A DNA stretch of 64,000 nt from the human T2T-CHM13v2.0 reference genome, Homo sapiens. The position numbers and the translations under genes were made by a program. Numbering within the stretch: position 1 is the stretch's first letter; each line of letters begins with the position of its first letter. The notes under the pieces were generated by a model. The model was given only the letters and a program-made list of their open reading frames with translations, ran no database searches and had not been told where the DNA came from. Positions 47,130-64,000 of the stretch are shown in pieces. The DNA lies in the NCBI RefSeq assembly GCF_009914755.1, contig NC_060941.1; one strand, given 5' to 3'.

Positions 47130-47438
47130 TTTTTTTTTGGCCAGGGGGAGACAGGGTCTCACTCTCTTGCCCCCAGGCTGGAGTGCCGTGGCATGATCAC
47201 AGATCACTACAGCCTCAACCTCCCAGGCTCAGGTGATTCTCGTGCCTCAGCCTCCTAAGTAGCTGGGACTACAGGTGTGCACCACCATGCCTGGCTAGTT
47301 TTTGTATTTTTGTAGAGATGAGGTTTTGTCATGTTGCCTAGACTGGTCTCAAACTCCTGGGCTCAAGGCCAGGGTCAATCCACCCACCTCAACCTCCTGT
47401 AGTGCTTGGACTACAGGCATGAGCCACCACACCCAGCC
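47130..47438 (-). mobile_element. AluJ
   Basis: Reverse dimer; TSD ctgtcataatt. Confidence 0.88.
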
Positions 47439-50194
47439 CTGTCATAATTGTTCTTAATATAGAAGTGAAACAAAAGGAATGTCTCTATAAAGGGCTGCTT
47501 TTTACTTTTTAATGTCTTTATTTTACAGAATTCTATGTGATAGTAGTATCTCAGTGTTCCTTCAGATTGTTGTATGACTTGCTATTTTTCAGATACATTT
47601 GAGAGTAAGCATTTTTTCCACTGAAGCTAGTCATATTTATTGCACTGGATTAACAAATTTGGCTGGGCTAGGACATTGATTCTGATAGATTAAAGAAAAA
47701 GCATCTATTGGTTGTAAAGCCTGTAGGCTATCAGAACTCTGCTCCTGATGTCATTTATGCTATCTCACGTAAGTTTAAGGTTATTTACATACAGATACTG
47801 ATATCCCTCAATGTGTGGTTTTATGATTGGGTAGTGGGGATAGGGGATGCAGGATTTGGATATATGTTTGCCCTTTTCTTCAAAAAATGAGGAGCTAAAA
47901 TAGAATGGTCTGTCTGTGCTTACCTGCAGTAATGTAATGGGTTGATATTGGCAGGAGCTTGTGGGTTGATGTGGCATCACTTCCATCACTACGGTTAATT
48001 GCTAATAAATGACTGACTGGGAATTTAGGAGGAATGCTACAACTGTCTGCTGTGTTAGTGGTAACAGGAATTCTGGCGCCATTTCAGGGTGACTATTTGT
48101 ATTTGTCTATCAGAGTTAGAATACAGTTGTTTCTCTCAGTTTCAGCCTTCTCTATAGAATTTCTGTCAATTGTTTGACTCCATTAAGTGTGCAGAGGAAG
48201 TAAAAGCCTGAATGACCAATCCACCAGGGGCTATGGATAGACCCTTTCTTTGTCCATACTCAGAGCACTGCATTAGGTCTCATTATCCATTTATAATAAG
48301 TGACCTCTGCCCCCTGGGTCATTGAAAAATATTCAGTGTGCTTTTCTGACACATAGGGCACCTTTCTCAGCAGACACATGAAACAATGGGACGTCTGGTA
48401 GTCTGGAGAACTGGTATACATTGCAGGTTTTAAAATAAATACACAGCCTTGTGCCAAATTACTCTTCTAATTTTTTTTTCTCTGTTCTTACATGGTTTAT
48501 AAATGGGCCAAGGGGATCCTAATGTCTGGAAAATAAATGTATTCCTTATCTCTTTTCTTTCTTATTATTCTAGTTTTAAAAAATTGCCGTGTTTTTCCAT
48601 TTATTTTCTAGAAATGATTTGCCTTCATCTCTGATTTTGCATTTCCTGATAGAGAACTATAGAAAGCCTTGGATATAGTGAATGGAGAGAGTTACCGTCT
48701 TTCAAAAGTGTTTGCCAAATCTGCTCAGGATGGCTCTGGAGGTTATCTGTGACGTGCTCAAAACCTGTCTTCTTCTAGCCCTCTGTTCTGCCCAAACTGG
48801 TAGTAACCAGGCTGGAAAAGGATTTGACCCTTCCTTGGTCACTGCATTCCAGATTTCTTTCGTGGTATAAATGTGGACCACCTGCCAGAAAGCTTTGCGT
48901 ATGTACTTGTTCTGTCTCCAGCTCCAAGTGTATAGACAGACTTGGGAAGAGATGGAGATAGAAATTGATTAGTGGCCAAAATAAAGATGGAAAGTAAGAA
49001 AACTGTCATGTCCAGAGCTTTACATGGTGTCAACTGAAGGACAGCCTTCCGCGAGTTGGAGTCTTGACCACCAGTAACTAACTGTGTGGCCTTAGTACAG
49101 TGCCCATGTTATATACTGATAGAAGTCAGTAATTTACTTGAAATATGTTGGGACAGGAAAAATAAAAGACTGAGAACCACTTATTTTGCAAGTCATATGA
49201 AGAAACGTTAAGAGGCAAATTAAAATTTTAACTTATACTTTATTTTAATTAAAGTATTTAAAATAAATTTATAAAGTATAAAAATTCTTTTATAGATATT
49301 TTTTAAAGTTTAAGATGCAGGCTTTGTATTAACAAAGCCCTATTCCCCTTAGAACTTACTGATGTTGTGTTTATTGTTATATATACTGGCTTGTTTATTT
49401 TATTAAAAATACATGAGCTACACAGAGATTTGAAGAAACTCAGTTTATTACACTGAATTAGCTGCCATCCTGTCCAGGAGACCCAGGGGTTTTATTATAA
49501 CAAAATGGTTTTCCTATTAAGTGATGTACTACTGCATGCTCTCAGATATTGAGACACAGAGGTGTTATCTCCATAAAAATGACCATTGCATCCATGCACA
49601 GATTTTTTCTCTCCAGTTATGGAAAACCTCATAGTTGTTAGAACTCTCTCCATGACAAGGATTAATATATTAACTGGATTATAGCACTGTTTGACAAATT
49701 GCTCACTAAATACATCAAAATTGATTGGACCTTCTTTATTTGAATTGACAAATGGCTGCATTAGGAGAAGGAGGGAAATCCATTAATTATAGCTGCTCTC
49801 GACCATAGGAAATGTAATCATATAAATATGGATTTTGCTAAAACAAAAATGTCTTCTTTATGGTAGTGTTGTTTATATGTATATCTGCATCTCTTTGCCA
49901 TTAATAGAAGGCCTGTGCTTACTTACCATCTTTTAAATAATAAAAAATTGATTTCTGTGGTGTTAAAAGGTGTGTTCTACCCTCTCCTGACTATATAATA
50001 GTTTTTTAAATATTCCAGAAAATATCAGGGAAACCCTGTAGTTCAGCCTTTCTGCTCAGTTTTCAATTGCACCTCTATTTGTCCATCTTGTGCTTCTATG
50101 TTCATTGATTTCCCAGATAACCTTACAGATTTGTGACTGCTCCAGTGTAAGTTTATATATGACAGGGCCTTTACTTAGGAAACAGGAAATCCAG

Positions 50195-50290
50195 ACACTG
50201 ATGGTTTTGACTTCCTTCACATTGTTACCTTGAGTGAGTCATTGCCTTCTACGCCTCAGGTTTCTCATCTTTATAATTAAGGGTGTGAAA
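50195..50290 (+). mobile_element. MIR fragment
   Basis: tgttaccttgagtgagtcattgccttctacgcctcaggtttctcatct. Confidence 0.55.
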
Positions 50291-51727
50291 ATCTTTTTCA
50301 ACTTTCAGATTTGGGGAGATCCCTGCCCTAGAATCTCGTAACTTGTCCAGAAACTCATGAAAATTCAGACCCAAGACATGTTAAAAGAGGAGGAAACAAG
50401 CAGCTAGGACACCTGAAGTCAAGGTCTTTGTCTTGTTACTTTTTTTTTTTTCACATTTTATGTAGCAACAGGATTTTCTAATAGTTTGCAAATAATTCCT
50501 GATTATACAATAGTAGAAACAAAGCAGCCTGTGCTATTCTTTATGGAAAATGTATGTTTCATAAACATTTTTAAGCGATCTTTTTGAATTATTTCTTATT
50601 TCCAAGAATACCTAGAAATCCCTTCTTTCTTCAAATTAATGTATATATGATTTTAGTTTTTCCTATATGTTTTAATACTTTGTTTTAAATTATAGTCTTG
50701 TGTCTTTAGCATAGCTACTTTTTTTTTATATTGAAGCCTCTTTTAGCTGCTGATTATGAAGCTAACATATTTAATATTATTTTTGTTTCTGGAGTTCTGA
50801 CTGTTCCATTTATCAAAAGTTTTAATTTTGCTTTGATAGTGTATAAGCTCTTATCATTACTGAGTTTCTCTTTCTTTGAAAAAATTTTTCTCTCTTGATT
50901 TTTCTTACTGAAAGTAACCAGCCCAGTAACCGAGGCATAAGGTTGGTGGGTGAGTGCCACAGATTGTCTCTCTGCAGCTTCAGTCTCTTCTTCCCCTTAT
51001 TGTTGTCATAGGATAGGAGACTTTTGGCCATATGATTCTGTGGAACTTGGCAGGGGACCAGAAACACCGTATTGCCTTCAGTGCCTTTATGCCATCAGTT
51101 TCTTGTCTTTTATACTACGCTTTCTTTGTATTTTATGACTTTGTGAAGAACATCTGTAACAACCCTATATGATGTGAAATCTGGTCAAAGCTGAGATTTG
51201 GGGATTTTTTGAGGATAGCGTTTTTTTCTTTTCTTGGTCACTCGGCTGATTTCTGTGCTCTTTTCTAGATGCTAGCATGTCATCCGTGGTTGCATCATGT
51301 ACACCTTTAAATATGAAACCAACAAACCAGTATTTTCTACGATGAAAAATTTTAATCAGAGGTATTATAGTGTATGTAAAGTAGCACTTTGGTTGTTTCT
51401 CTCACTGCATGTGAAGCTTCCTTCAATGTCTGTAACCTTGTGTTGTGACTTCTGGTTAAAGTAATTTTTCCCCATTGTTTGATCACAGTATAGGTATCTC
51501 TGATCAGGATACATAACTGTTTATTATGATTATAGAAAAGATTATATTAAGTGAAGCAGACATTGAATAGACAAACAACAGACTCTCAATCAATGATATA
51601 ATTGACGTTTGGGGATAAAAATCTCTTACATGTTTTATATGATAAATTTAACTTAAAATAATGAACTTAGTAGGTAATGAAGTGATAAATTGAGGTGAGG
51701 TGATTTTGCTTAAGGTGAAGAATGTGA

Positions 51728-52280
<553 letters not shown>

Positions 52281-52510
52281 GTGGTTGTACTTAGTTGTGT
52301 GAGAATGAATACCCTTCTTCCGTGAGGTCTTTCTTGCTTCTCATGATTCCACCTACTTTATGACAGATACTGCCAGGTGGCACAGGTGAACATACTTTGT
52401 TGTGAAGAGAAAGCGTTTGTATTATATCTCCTCTGATCTTCAGTGGTCAGCTGGACAAGTATGGCTCTAATATTGGGCACATTTTCAAAGCTATAGAAAG
52501 AAATTTTACT

Positions 52511-52722
52511 GGCTGGGCACGGTGGCTCACACCTGTAATCCCAGCACTTTGGGAGGCCAAGTTGGGCAGATCGCTTGAGTCCAGGAGTTCTAGACCAGCC
52601 TGGCCAACATGGTGAAACCCTGTCTCTACTAAAAACACAAAAATTAGCCGGGCGTGGTGGCGCGTGCCTGTAATCCCAGCCACTCGGGAAGGCTGAGGCA
52701 GGACAATCTCTTGAACCTAGGA
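52511..52722 (+). mobile_element. 3'-truncated AluS followed by a purine-rich tract
   Basis: Alu stops at cttgaacctagg then a (GAAG/GAAA)-rich sequence. Confidence 0.88.
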
Positions 52723-52882
52723 AGGAAGGAAAAAATGAGTGGGAAAGAGAGAAAGTGAAAATGAAAGAAAGAAGGGAGTGAGGAAGGAAGAAAATGCAGG
52801 GGAAAAGAACTACCTCACTTTGTTATACAAGATGAAAATAAAATGGTATACAGTAATGAAAGTAAACCAGACCTAAATATAT

Positions 52883-53201
52883 TTTTTTTATTATTTTTAT
52901 TTTTATTTTTTGAGACAGAGTCTTGCTCTGTCGCCCAGGCTGGAGTGCAGTGGCGCAATCTTGGCTCACTGCAAGCTCCCCCTCCCAGGTTCACGCCATT
53001 CTCCTGCCTCAGCCTCCTGACTAGCTGGGACTACAGGCGCCCACCACCACACCCGGCTAATTTTTTTTTTTTTTTGTATTTTTAGTAGAGACGGGGTTTC
53101 ACCGTGTTAGCCAGTATGGTCTCGATCTCCTGACCTCATGAGCCACCCCGCTTGGCCTCCCAGAGTGCTGGGATTACAGGCGCGAGCCACTGCGCCCGGC
53201 C
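52883..53201 (-). mobile_element. AluY
   Basis: ttcacgccattctcc, accgtgttagccag; TSD accagacctaaat. Confidence 0.93.
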
Positions 53202-55376
53202 ACCAGACCTAAATGTATTAACATGGATGATACATATAGTGTTATGTGGGAAAAAAAACCTGTTCTAGAAAAGTATTACTATGATTTTTTAAATTATCAC
53301 TCACTGAATGATCCTGAATACTTCATGTATTCCACACCCTAGCCAAGAAGAGTCAAGATGACTCTCTGTCAGTCTGCAGGTCAAGAAATGGTTGTTCAAT
53401 CTTTTGAAACATTCATAAAATAGTTTTTAAAAAAATTATTGGAGAAACGTTAGACGTACATAGTACACAGTTAGTTGTATAAGGAATCTACCAATTACCA
53501 AGTTTCAACAATTTACAACATTCTACCACAAAGTATCCTAAGAAAGTCATTCACTATTGTGTCTTTTTACCCATGATTCTTCACTATACATCTGATTATA
53601 AAGACTTTTTAAAGATCACAACTCCCCACCATTACGTAAAACAGGTGAGGCAGGGACAGTGATTTGTGGAGATCTCTGTTTAGTAGTTTGACGTTGTGGA
53701 GTAGGCAAGGAAGATCAAGCCTGGAAAATGCTCTTCTTACTTTTGGAAAGTTAAAGAAAACCCTGCAGTAGTTGTGGGCTTGTGTTCTCTGTCTCATGCT
53801 TTCCCCTATCCTCTCGGTTTTGAGAATTTTCTGATTAATTTAGAGTTAAAATATGGAAAACATCATGAATGCTTAATGATCATTTAAGAAGATTTTAGAT
53901 TATTTTCCTAACTATAGGGTGAAAATGTTTGGTGCCTTCCAGGTCTAAAAGCTTTTGTCTCTCCATGCCAGGGCAACTTTGCCTCTTTTGCTTAGGCAAG
54001 AGAAAATCTGTATGTAATTCTTCCTGCTGCATAATGATGTGGATTTTCCTAGTATGTAACTAGATAATAAATAAATGAAACATGAAAAAACCACATTAAG
54101 TCTTTGCAAAAAAAAATTATTTTTGCCATTTTTACATTTGCAAACATCACCCCCCATCCTCGCCTGCTTTTTTGTTGTTGTTTGTCAGGGCTTAGTGTAG
54201 ATGCTAGACTGAATACTACATTAGAGCCTTTGCTATTCAACTGTGCCATTGTAGATGGAGTCAAGAACAGTAAGTTTTCAATCACTGTCCTATTGCCTAC
54301 ATGTACAGATGGGTACATCGATTACTGCACACAATTTAATGACCAAAAATAGTGATTATTTACCTTTACAACATCAATTTACAGTAGGTTCCATATATGC
54401 TCTACTCATCCTAGTATCTTATCAAGTATATTTTAGAGTGTTCCTTGAATTTATAATGGAGAATTGATTATTCCTGAAAGAAATGCATCTAACATTCAGG
54501 TTTGGCTGTGAGAATACCGTTGCTACTGTTGAAGCATTACAACTCATAATTCTACACAGAATTTAGCTTAGGATGCTTTCAGCAAATAATCATTCTTCTG
54601 AACAAAAAAACAACGTGTTTGAGCAGTTGATAAAGCTGGTCCTATGTTTGATATTTGTGTGTATAAATACAGAGATAATGATAAATAAACAGATACGGAG
54701 ACATTATGCATAAGCAAGTTAGAAGTAGCACACCCCCTTTAAAAAGTTACTGAATCTAAAAATAGGGGGAAAAACACATAACCCACTATGCAATAAGGTC
54801 AACTTTTATTTTGTTTATCGTTTTCCAACTTCTGTTGATATATATCTGATTTGTTTGCTTGCATATATTGACTATGGTGTGCTGCACCATCTGTATCAAT
54901 TGTATTGTTCCTATTCCACAACTTTTAATTAAATATGAATTTTTATATCATGTTTATTTTATAAACATGATATACACGGTTTAAAAGGTAACAAAAAATA
55001 TCCAGTGGAAAATAAATCCTCCGTATCTCCCAACTAACCTCATCCCCTCCCAGGAGGCAACTACTATTAGTAATGTATTGTATTCTATACTCCTGTAAAG
55101 GTAAGCTTTAATAAGAATGCTCTTATTGTTACATATGAGTCTGGCCAGATTATATAACCCATGATAAGACAACAGTTGTTATTCACAAGCTATAAGCAAG
55201 GTACTTTATAGTTATGATACAATTCTTTAAAATAGTGTGGACTTACTTTTCCAGCTATCCTACTGTTGGTGATTTAATGTACATACAGTGCAGTTGTACT
55301 ATCAAATGAGTTGCACTAGTGTGAGTTCTAGTAGAACACATTAAGTAGATATTGTGTGTGTCTCTCCAGGTAGATA

Positions 55377-56825
<1,449 letters not shown>

Positions 56826-56915
56826 TAAACTCCACCTTGTCCTTAAAATGGTTTGACCTTGCAAGTGCTTTGAGAGGATGGTTATAGTCTGTTCACTTCT
56901 TAGAAGTATATTAGA

Positions 56916-57090
56916 GGCTGGGTGTCATGGTATACACCTGTAGTTCCAGCTCCTCAGGAGGCTGAGACAGGAGGATCACTTGAGGCCCAGGAATTCTAGG
57001 CTATAGTGCACTATGATGATCATGCCTGTGAATAGCCACTGCATGCCAGCTTGGTCAGCATAGCGATACCTATCTCTTAAAAAAAAAAAA
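56916..57090 (+). mobile_element. FAM (fossil Alu monomer)
   Basis: Single monomer retaining the 7SL-type segment gcctgtgaatagccactgca; A-tail. Confidence 0.8.
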
Positions 57091-60027
57091 GTATACTTGG
57101 ACTGTTTGAAATTTTTCCTTAGTAGAGTAACTGATCTGGCTGATAGCATGAACCCATTATGCTTTATTCTTTCTCTCCATTTTATGAGATATTTAGGGCC
57201 ACTAAGAAGTAAAACTAAATTGTGAGCCCAGCCAGACTCTCCAGGGGTAATTTGTCCAGATGCTAAATGTCAAATGACCTCTTGGTAGCAGGAACAATAA
57301 ATGAAAGCTCCTTAGTTTATGTCTTCTGTAGTAATATTATGATACTGTGGGGGTACAGAAAAGGAGATGGGGAGAAAAGATGCACCCAGAGTTGTCAGTT
57401 TTTCAGTGAAATCTATTAGTTTATAGACAGAGAAGATATATACTTTTTCTAATTATATATTGCCTGTGACTGTTCTTCTGGGAATGTGACATAAAAGGAA
57501 AGTGAAACCAGAGATGTACAATACTGACTGTTAGAAAACTTTAATAATTAATTAGAGAACATCTATGGTACTACAGGGTCAGGGCACAAGGAAGATCATT
57601 GATCCCTATAATATATAATGTAGATAAAGCTTGTTCCCCTTTATGTATTGTTGTTGCATTGGTATAGGGATGGCTGCTAATCAACAGAACAGCCAGTGAT
57701 ATTCTGTGGAATTGCTTTACTGCTCTGTGTATTAGATTTAGTGAATTCCTCTACATTTAAATTGTCACATTTATAAATCAGTGTGAATTTAATACTACCC
57801 ATTTTCAAGTAGTTATGTGTGTTATTTTTAATCTGAAAGGGTTCTCCCTTTTTTTAGTCATTTAAAAAATCACACTTTAATTTTTGCCACTTTGATATGT
57901 ATGCAATGATAACTTGAATCATTAAATCTCCAATTACTACGATTTAAATATGTTTGTTGGATATTATAATTCCTCCTCTGTGAATTGCTTGTTCATTGGG
58001 AACTGCCTTTGTTCATTTTGCTTTTGGATTATTTGTCTTCTGAACCTTTGTTTTAAAATGGCAAATTTTAGTTTCTATACTAAGAAACTACATTCCCAAG
58101 CAGAATTTCATCCTTATATCCTGAGTGCTTTCTGATCAGAAACAGAGTTTGGTAAATAGCCCTTGCTTATTGTATGGCTGCTATATAAATGCTGTTTTTA
58201 ATAAGCACCAAAAATATATTGAGGTTTGTCCTTGGGAGAGAGTTTATCACTGTTGGCCTTTGGGTGAACTTTGAGCCTGAGCTGTTTCATTCAAGGCAGC
58301 ATGATGTCATTTAACTGCAAATTTCTCTGTTGCTAGAAAAAGGAATGTTGTTCCTCTAAATAACCTAAACGACTGAAAAATGCTGGCACAACATTATTCA
58401 TCTCTCAGGTCTCCACTAAAAACTTTCACGTGCTAAGGGTTTTATTGTTTGTGGAGGAAGGGTGGGGATATGGTAAAGAGTAGGAGAAAACAAAAACTGT
58501 GTCTGGTCCTGAATCTGAAGAATTCCACTGCCCATATAAAACTCAGCTGCCAGTAGGACCCAGTAAACTCACTTGTCCAGATAAGAGCTTTTGGGTCCAT
58601 CTTTGATTTTTCACTTATAAATCAGTGTGAGTTTTAAATTTATAATTAAACTTACAAATGCATTTAATCTTCATTTATAGATCAGTGTGAATTTTTGAAT
58701 TAAGAGACTCTAAATTTCTATTTCTATATATTCAGCCTATTATCATATTTTAAGTTTCCAACAAAATCTTAAAGCAGGTAACTATATGATTATCTCACAT
58801 ATAAAACTAGGTACCATTAGGGTCAGCATTTTTATCCTTAATTTGAGAAGCAGATTTCTCTGATAGTGATAGCATTGCAATTAATTTCAAGGAGTAGAAC
58901 AGCTTCTTAACATCTGCTAGAGTTGGGAGGCTGGAGTTTACAAACAGTGGTACCTGTAGTTGATCAGCTATGTCCTCTAAAGCTTCCAGAGCTACAGCTA
59001 AGAGAATTTATTACTGGAAATTCAAGAAATGTAGGAAAGGGTAGAACAAGAAGAACAAAACCAAACCAAATAGACTTTTCCTTCATTACTTTCATAAATA
59101 AGCACTGCTCGATGTTCATTATGCTTTGTGCTTGTTTATATAAAGAGGATGCTTACAAGCTGTGTGTAGTCTTTTAACTTTTACATGCGTTGGCAGTTGT
59201 TTTTCATTGCTTTAAATGAAATGGTACTGGATACAGATATTTTTATTTTTATTCTTGCTTTACAAAGAAATATTTAAATCTTATAAACTTCATTTTTACA
59301 AGGTCTAATTTTTTTCCTGAGTATCTTAAACCATGTCCAATATAATGAGAGTAATTAATTACCTGCTCTAATGTACAGTATATTTAATATGTTAATGATA
59401 AATATCTTACCTTTTGTATTCTAAGTAGAAGACTAGATTAGTTGCAGATGAACTTTTTTGATATCTAGCTGTTTCTCTGGGGATATTTTAGAAAGAATTT
59501 GATTCCATAAAATTGAGGTTTTCTTCTCATTCTTTTGGGGGAAAAATTGAAATGTTAGGTTTAAATTTTTCTAGGAATGGTAATAACTCATTCTCGGAAT
59601 CCTGGTTCAAATTCACCTATCCTAACCTGTATTAAGTAGTGTTAAAGAACTAGATATTTGAAGAAACTTAAGGATGTCAACTTAGAGGTCTGTTAATGTT
59701 TATACCTTTAATCTTGCAATTATTATTTATATACTTTAATACTTTGTACCTATAGTTTAGCAGTATGTAAAGCAACACTTTTAACTTTCTCTAACCGATA
59801 AATACCATATTTTCTGTGGGTAATTTTTTAAAATTCTTTACACATTGATTCTTGTATTAAGTTGCAGAAGGCATCTAAAAATTCAAAAATAGAACTCTTC
59901 TAAGATTTTGATTTGAAAAGTTATATTATTAATTGACTTTTTGGAACATTGTGAATTTTATTATATAGGATTCAGACCTAAGGATGTTATTAAGGGGACA
60001 TTAATCTTTCATTTCATAACTTTATTT

Positions 60028-60034
60028 ATGTGTG

Positions 60035-60082
<48 letters not shown>
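60028..60082. repeat. (TG)n/(TA)n microsatellite
   Basis: About 20 uninterrupted TA units from 60041. Confidence 0.95.
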
Positions 60083-60086
<4 letters not shown>

Positions 60087-60201
60087 CAGACTTGGCAGTA
60101 TTTTTGGTTTAGATTAACAGGACTAATTTTCAAAGGTCAGCCCTAAAGCAGATTGGCTTTTGTTTGCTTTACACATACTCACATATGAAAATATATAAAT
60201 A

Positions 60202-60560
<359 letters not shown>

Positions 60561-61730
60561 CTATAAGAAAAATACCATAAGTGATTTTTTAGCTCTTATT
60601 TACTCACTATAAGCATGATTTGCTTATAAATACTAAAAACAGACAGGCTCACAGTTACCTCATAATGATCTACTCATCCTGCCTTTGCTCGTTGATGTAT
60701 ATTTAGCAAAAGCCTGTGTGTAGAGGCAGTACTTTTGAAGTTGTATTCTCTAAAGTAAATTGATAGTATTCCCTATTCAGTATTTTCCTTTTCAGTTTGG
60801 CAGATAAGGTGTGTTTGAAAATTACTGTACTAAGAACATGGCTAGATTTATATCCTTGTACCAAGTTTATTAATTATCTAAGGACAGTTGGTAAATATAA
60901 AAGATACTAAACATTTTTCTTTAGGGTAGCTATTTTGTATCTTGGTCCATTGAACTTGGATTTGCAAGATATGTAACTTTATTTTTCTTTAAATAAACTC
61001 TATTAAGTTTTTTTTAGTACCTCCATTCGAAGAAAGGTGGAAAAATTAATCTCAATCAATTATACCACCTCCAAAGTTACATCTAAATTCTCTAGGGTGT
61101 TCAGGGTATAAAAGTATGAGGTAAGGGATTTGGGGACATTTTGTCCTAATTGTCACCACTGACATGTCCCATTTCCCCACCAGATCATTGGCCATTGGTT
61201 CATATAGGTCTCTGCAGCATCCATTCTTGTTTCTCATCCAGCTCCTGTCAGTTGTCTGGACTATGTCCATATTATTCTTGTACATGTATGAAACATTCTT
61301 CTCCTCTAAGCTATGGAGAACATGGTAAGGTTGTCACAGACCTGGCTGTACAGACACACTATGTGCACACCATTTCTACTCTTGTACCATGTGGGATCTC
61401 TTGCCACTTCCCTTAACTCTGCCCAAGATTGAAGACATAAGTTTTCACCGCCATTGGTCCCTAAAACTTCTTCTGGGATTCTGTCGTTTCCCACTCCTCT
61501 TTGTGACCCTCTTTTTTCCCCTTTCTGTCTCTGCCAGTCTCGCTCCAATCTCAGGGTATCATTCCTAATATTTGAGTGGTTAGAAGCATGGAAACTTTGC
61601 TCTTATCATATTTTCTTTTTATCAAGGTTGTAAATTCTTTTTTCCATGTGAACAGGTATGTCATTCCTTCCCAAGGTAGTAAACATAGAATGTTCTTCCT
61701 ACCTGGATTGAGAGAAATTTTTTAATATAA

Positions 61731-61883
<153 letters not shown>

Positions 61884-62258
61884 TGACTTGGGAAATAGTA
61901 GAAGGAGAGATGAAAAAGAAGCATTGAAAAAAATCATGCAAGACCAACAAGAATCCCCAAATAAATGGAAGTCAAAGATTGCAGATTTACAGGAAAAGGG
62001 AAGAGTAATAAAGCTACCCAGCCTGGGTTTGCGATAGGGAAGGTACAGTTTCAGGGCAGGTAAACTAAATTTGATAGTGATGATGAATGTGATGGAGAAT
62101 GGTGCAACTGAGCCAATGAAAAGAGCAAAAGAAGAAACAAAGAAGAACCTGCGCCACAAGGACAAAAAACAGAAAATGGTGCCAGAGACCAGTAGTTGAG
62201 TGCACAGATTTTTAAATTCATTTTAATTAGGTTTTAAGCTGCTTTTGTTTTGGGACTT

Positions 62259-62299
62259 TTAAAACAAAATCCAAATTAGGCCTACTATTCAATGTCCAC
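62259..62299 (-). pseudogene. Antisense METTL5 last-exon remnant in the SSB 3'UTR copy
   Basis: Minus strand: ttttcctttcttgcag|GTG GAC ATT GAA TAG = VDIE*, versus recalled METTL5 C-terminus VDIEVDLIRFSF*. Confidence 0.72.
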
Positions 62300-62321
62300 C
62301 TGCAAGAAAGGAAAACTTTCA

Positions 62322-63197
<876 letters not shown>

Positions 63198-63615
63198 TAG
63201 AAAGGAAGCTTTTTTGTTGTTGTTTAACTTGTCTTTTTTGTTATTCACATGAGAATTTTTTTGAATGTATAGTTCTATTTGTGTAATTTCAGATGATTCA
63301 ATATCAAAAGGAAGATTCTTCCATGAAATTGCCTTTGTAATATAAGAATGTATTAGTACAAACTAAGAAAATATATGCTATATAAAAAGAGCAAAAACTT
63401 AGTTTATTTTTACCTTTTTGTGCCCAAAGCATTTGAGAATGAATTTTAAACTAGAATGTTGGCTATTGATTATGGGCCCTTCCCACAGATAATTTATCCT
63501 GTCTCCTAGGCTGGCCTTCTGTATTTACACAGGCAGCCTGGTAACATTAGAAAGAATTACTTGTCACAAAGCTTTTCAATACTATATGTAGACTGACTAA
63601 AATCAAGAGACTTAC

Positions 63616-63658
63616 TGATTTCTTTGTATGAAAGTTGTGTGACGCTGGCAGGTCATAT
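63616..63658 (-). pseudogene. Antisense METTL5 penultimate-exon remnant carried in the SSB retrocopy
   Basis: Minus strand: ttctgttttacag|A TAT GAC CTG CCA GCG TCA CAC AAC TTT CAT ACA AAG AAA TCA|gtaagt = YDLPASHNFHTKKS, versus recalled METTL5 ELRYDLPASYKFHKKKS; both splice sites intact. Confidence 0.75.
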
Positions 63659-63713
63659 CTGTAAAACAGAAGCCACCTAAGGTCATTTCCAAACACTTAA
63701 CCACCTTTGACTA

Positions 63714-63745
63714 AAACAACAACAACAACAACTACAACAAAAACT
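63714..63745 (+). repeat. (AAC)n tract, possible decayed A-tail of the SSB retrocopy
   Basis: aaaacaacaacaacaacaactacaacaaaaa where SSB/METTL5 similarity appears to end; the tail origin is inference. Confidence 0.6.
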
Positions 63746-64000
63746 AAGAAAAGTATTAAATACTGGTAAGCTGAACATTTTAGATCTGTCCCTTTAACTT
63801 ATGCATATACTGGCTTGATATGTCCCCCAACATCAGCCATGGAAAACAGAGCCTGGCTCTTCTGCTATAATGGCCATTTATACTGAAATTTGAGGTTATA
63901 GTGAAGAATTTAGAAGGATAACAAGTGGACAAAAAAAGTAAATCCTATGAAAATGATAGTACCTTTCTATTTTAAATTTCCTAATAATTTATAGCTAACT

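Overview
This is AT-rich primate (very probably human) genomic DNA lying inside the BCAS3 gene on the + strand. Five internal coding exons are recognisable (8520-8670, a 45-nt cassette exon at 19635-19679, 27435-27559, 30658-30823, 33561-33661). They have canonical AG/GT ends and matching phases, and splice into a continuous BCAS3 peptide. The rest is intron, with about 28 Alu/FAM copies, old L1/L2/MIR fragments and DNA transposons (MER1B, MER2, MER5A, MER6, MER44/Tigger7, MER58A, MADE1/2 and a near-complete HSMAR2). The most unusual structure is at 61.7-63.75 kb. An old processed SSB (La) retrocopy extends past the usual SSB 3' end and carries, on the opposite strand and unspliced, the last two exons of SSB's tail-to-tail neighbour METTL5. 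An Alu inserted into this retrocopy, and a full-length, open-frame RPL23A retrocopy sits in that Alu's A-tail. I see no evidence of a new multi-gene system; the findings concern retroposition history and candidate splicing elements. Gene and repeat identities come from recalled reference sequences, not database searches, and repeat boundaries are approximate.
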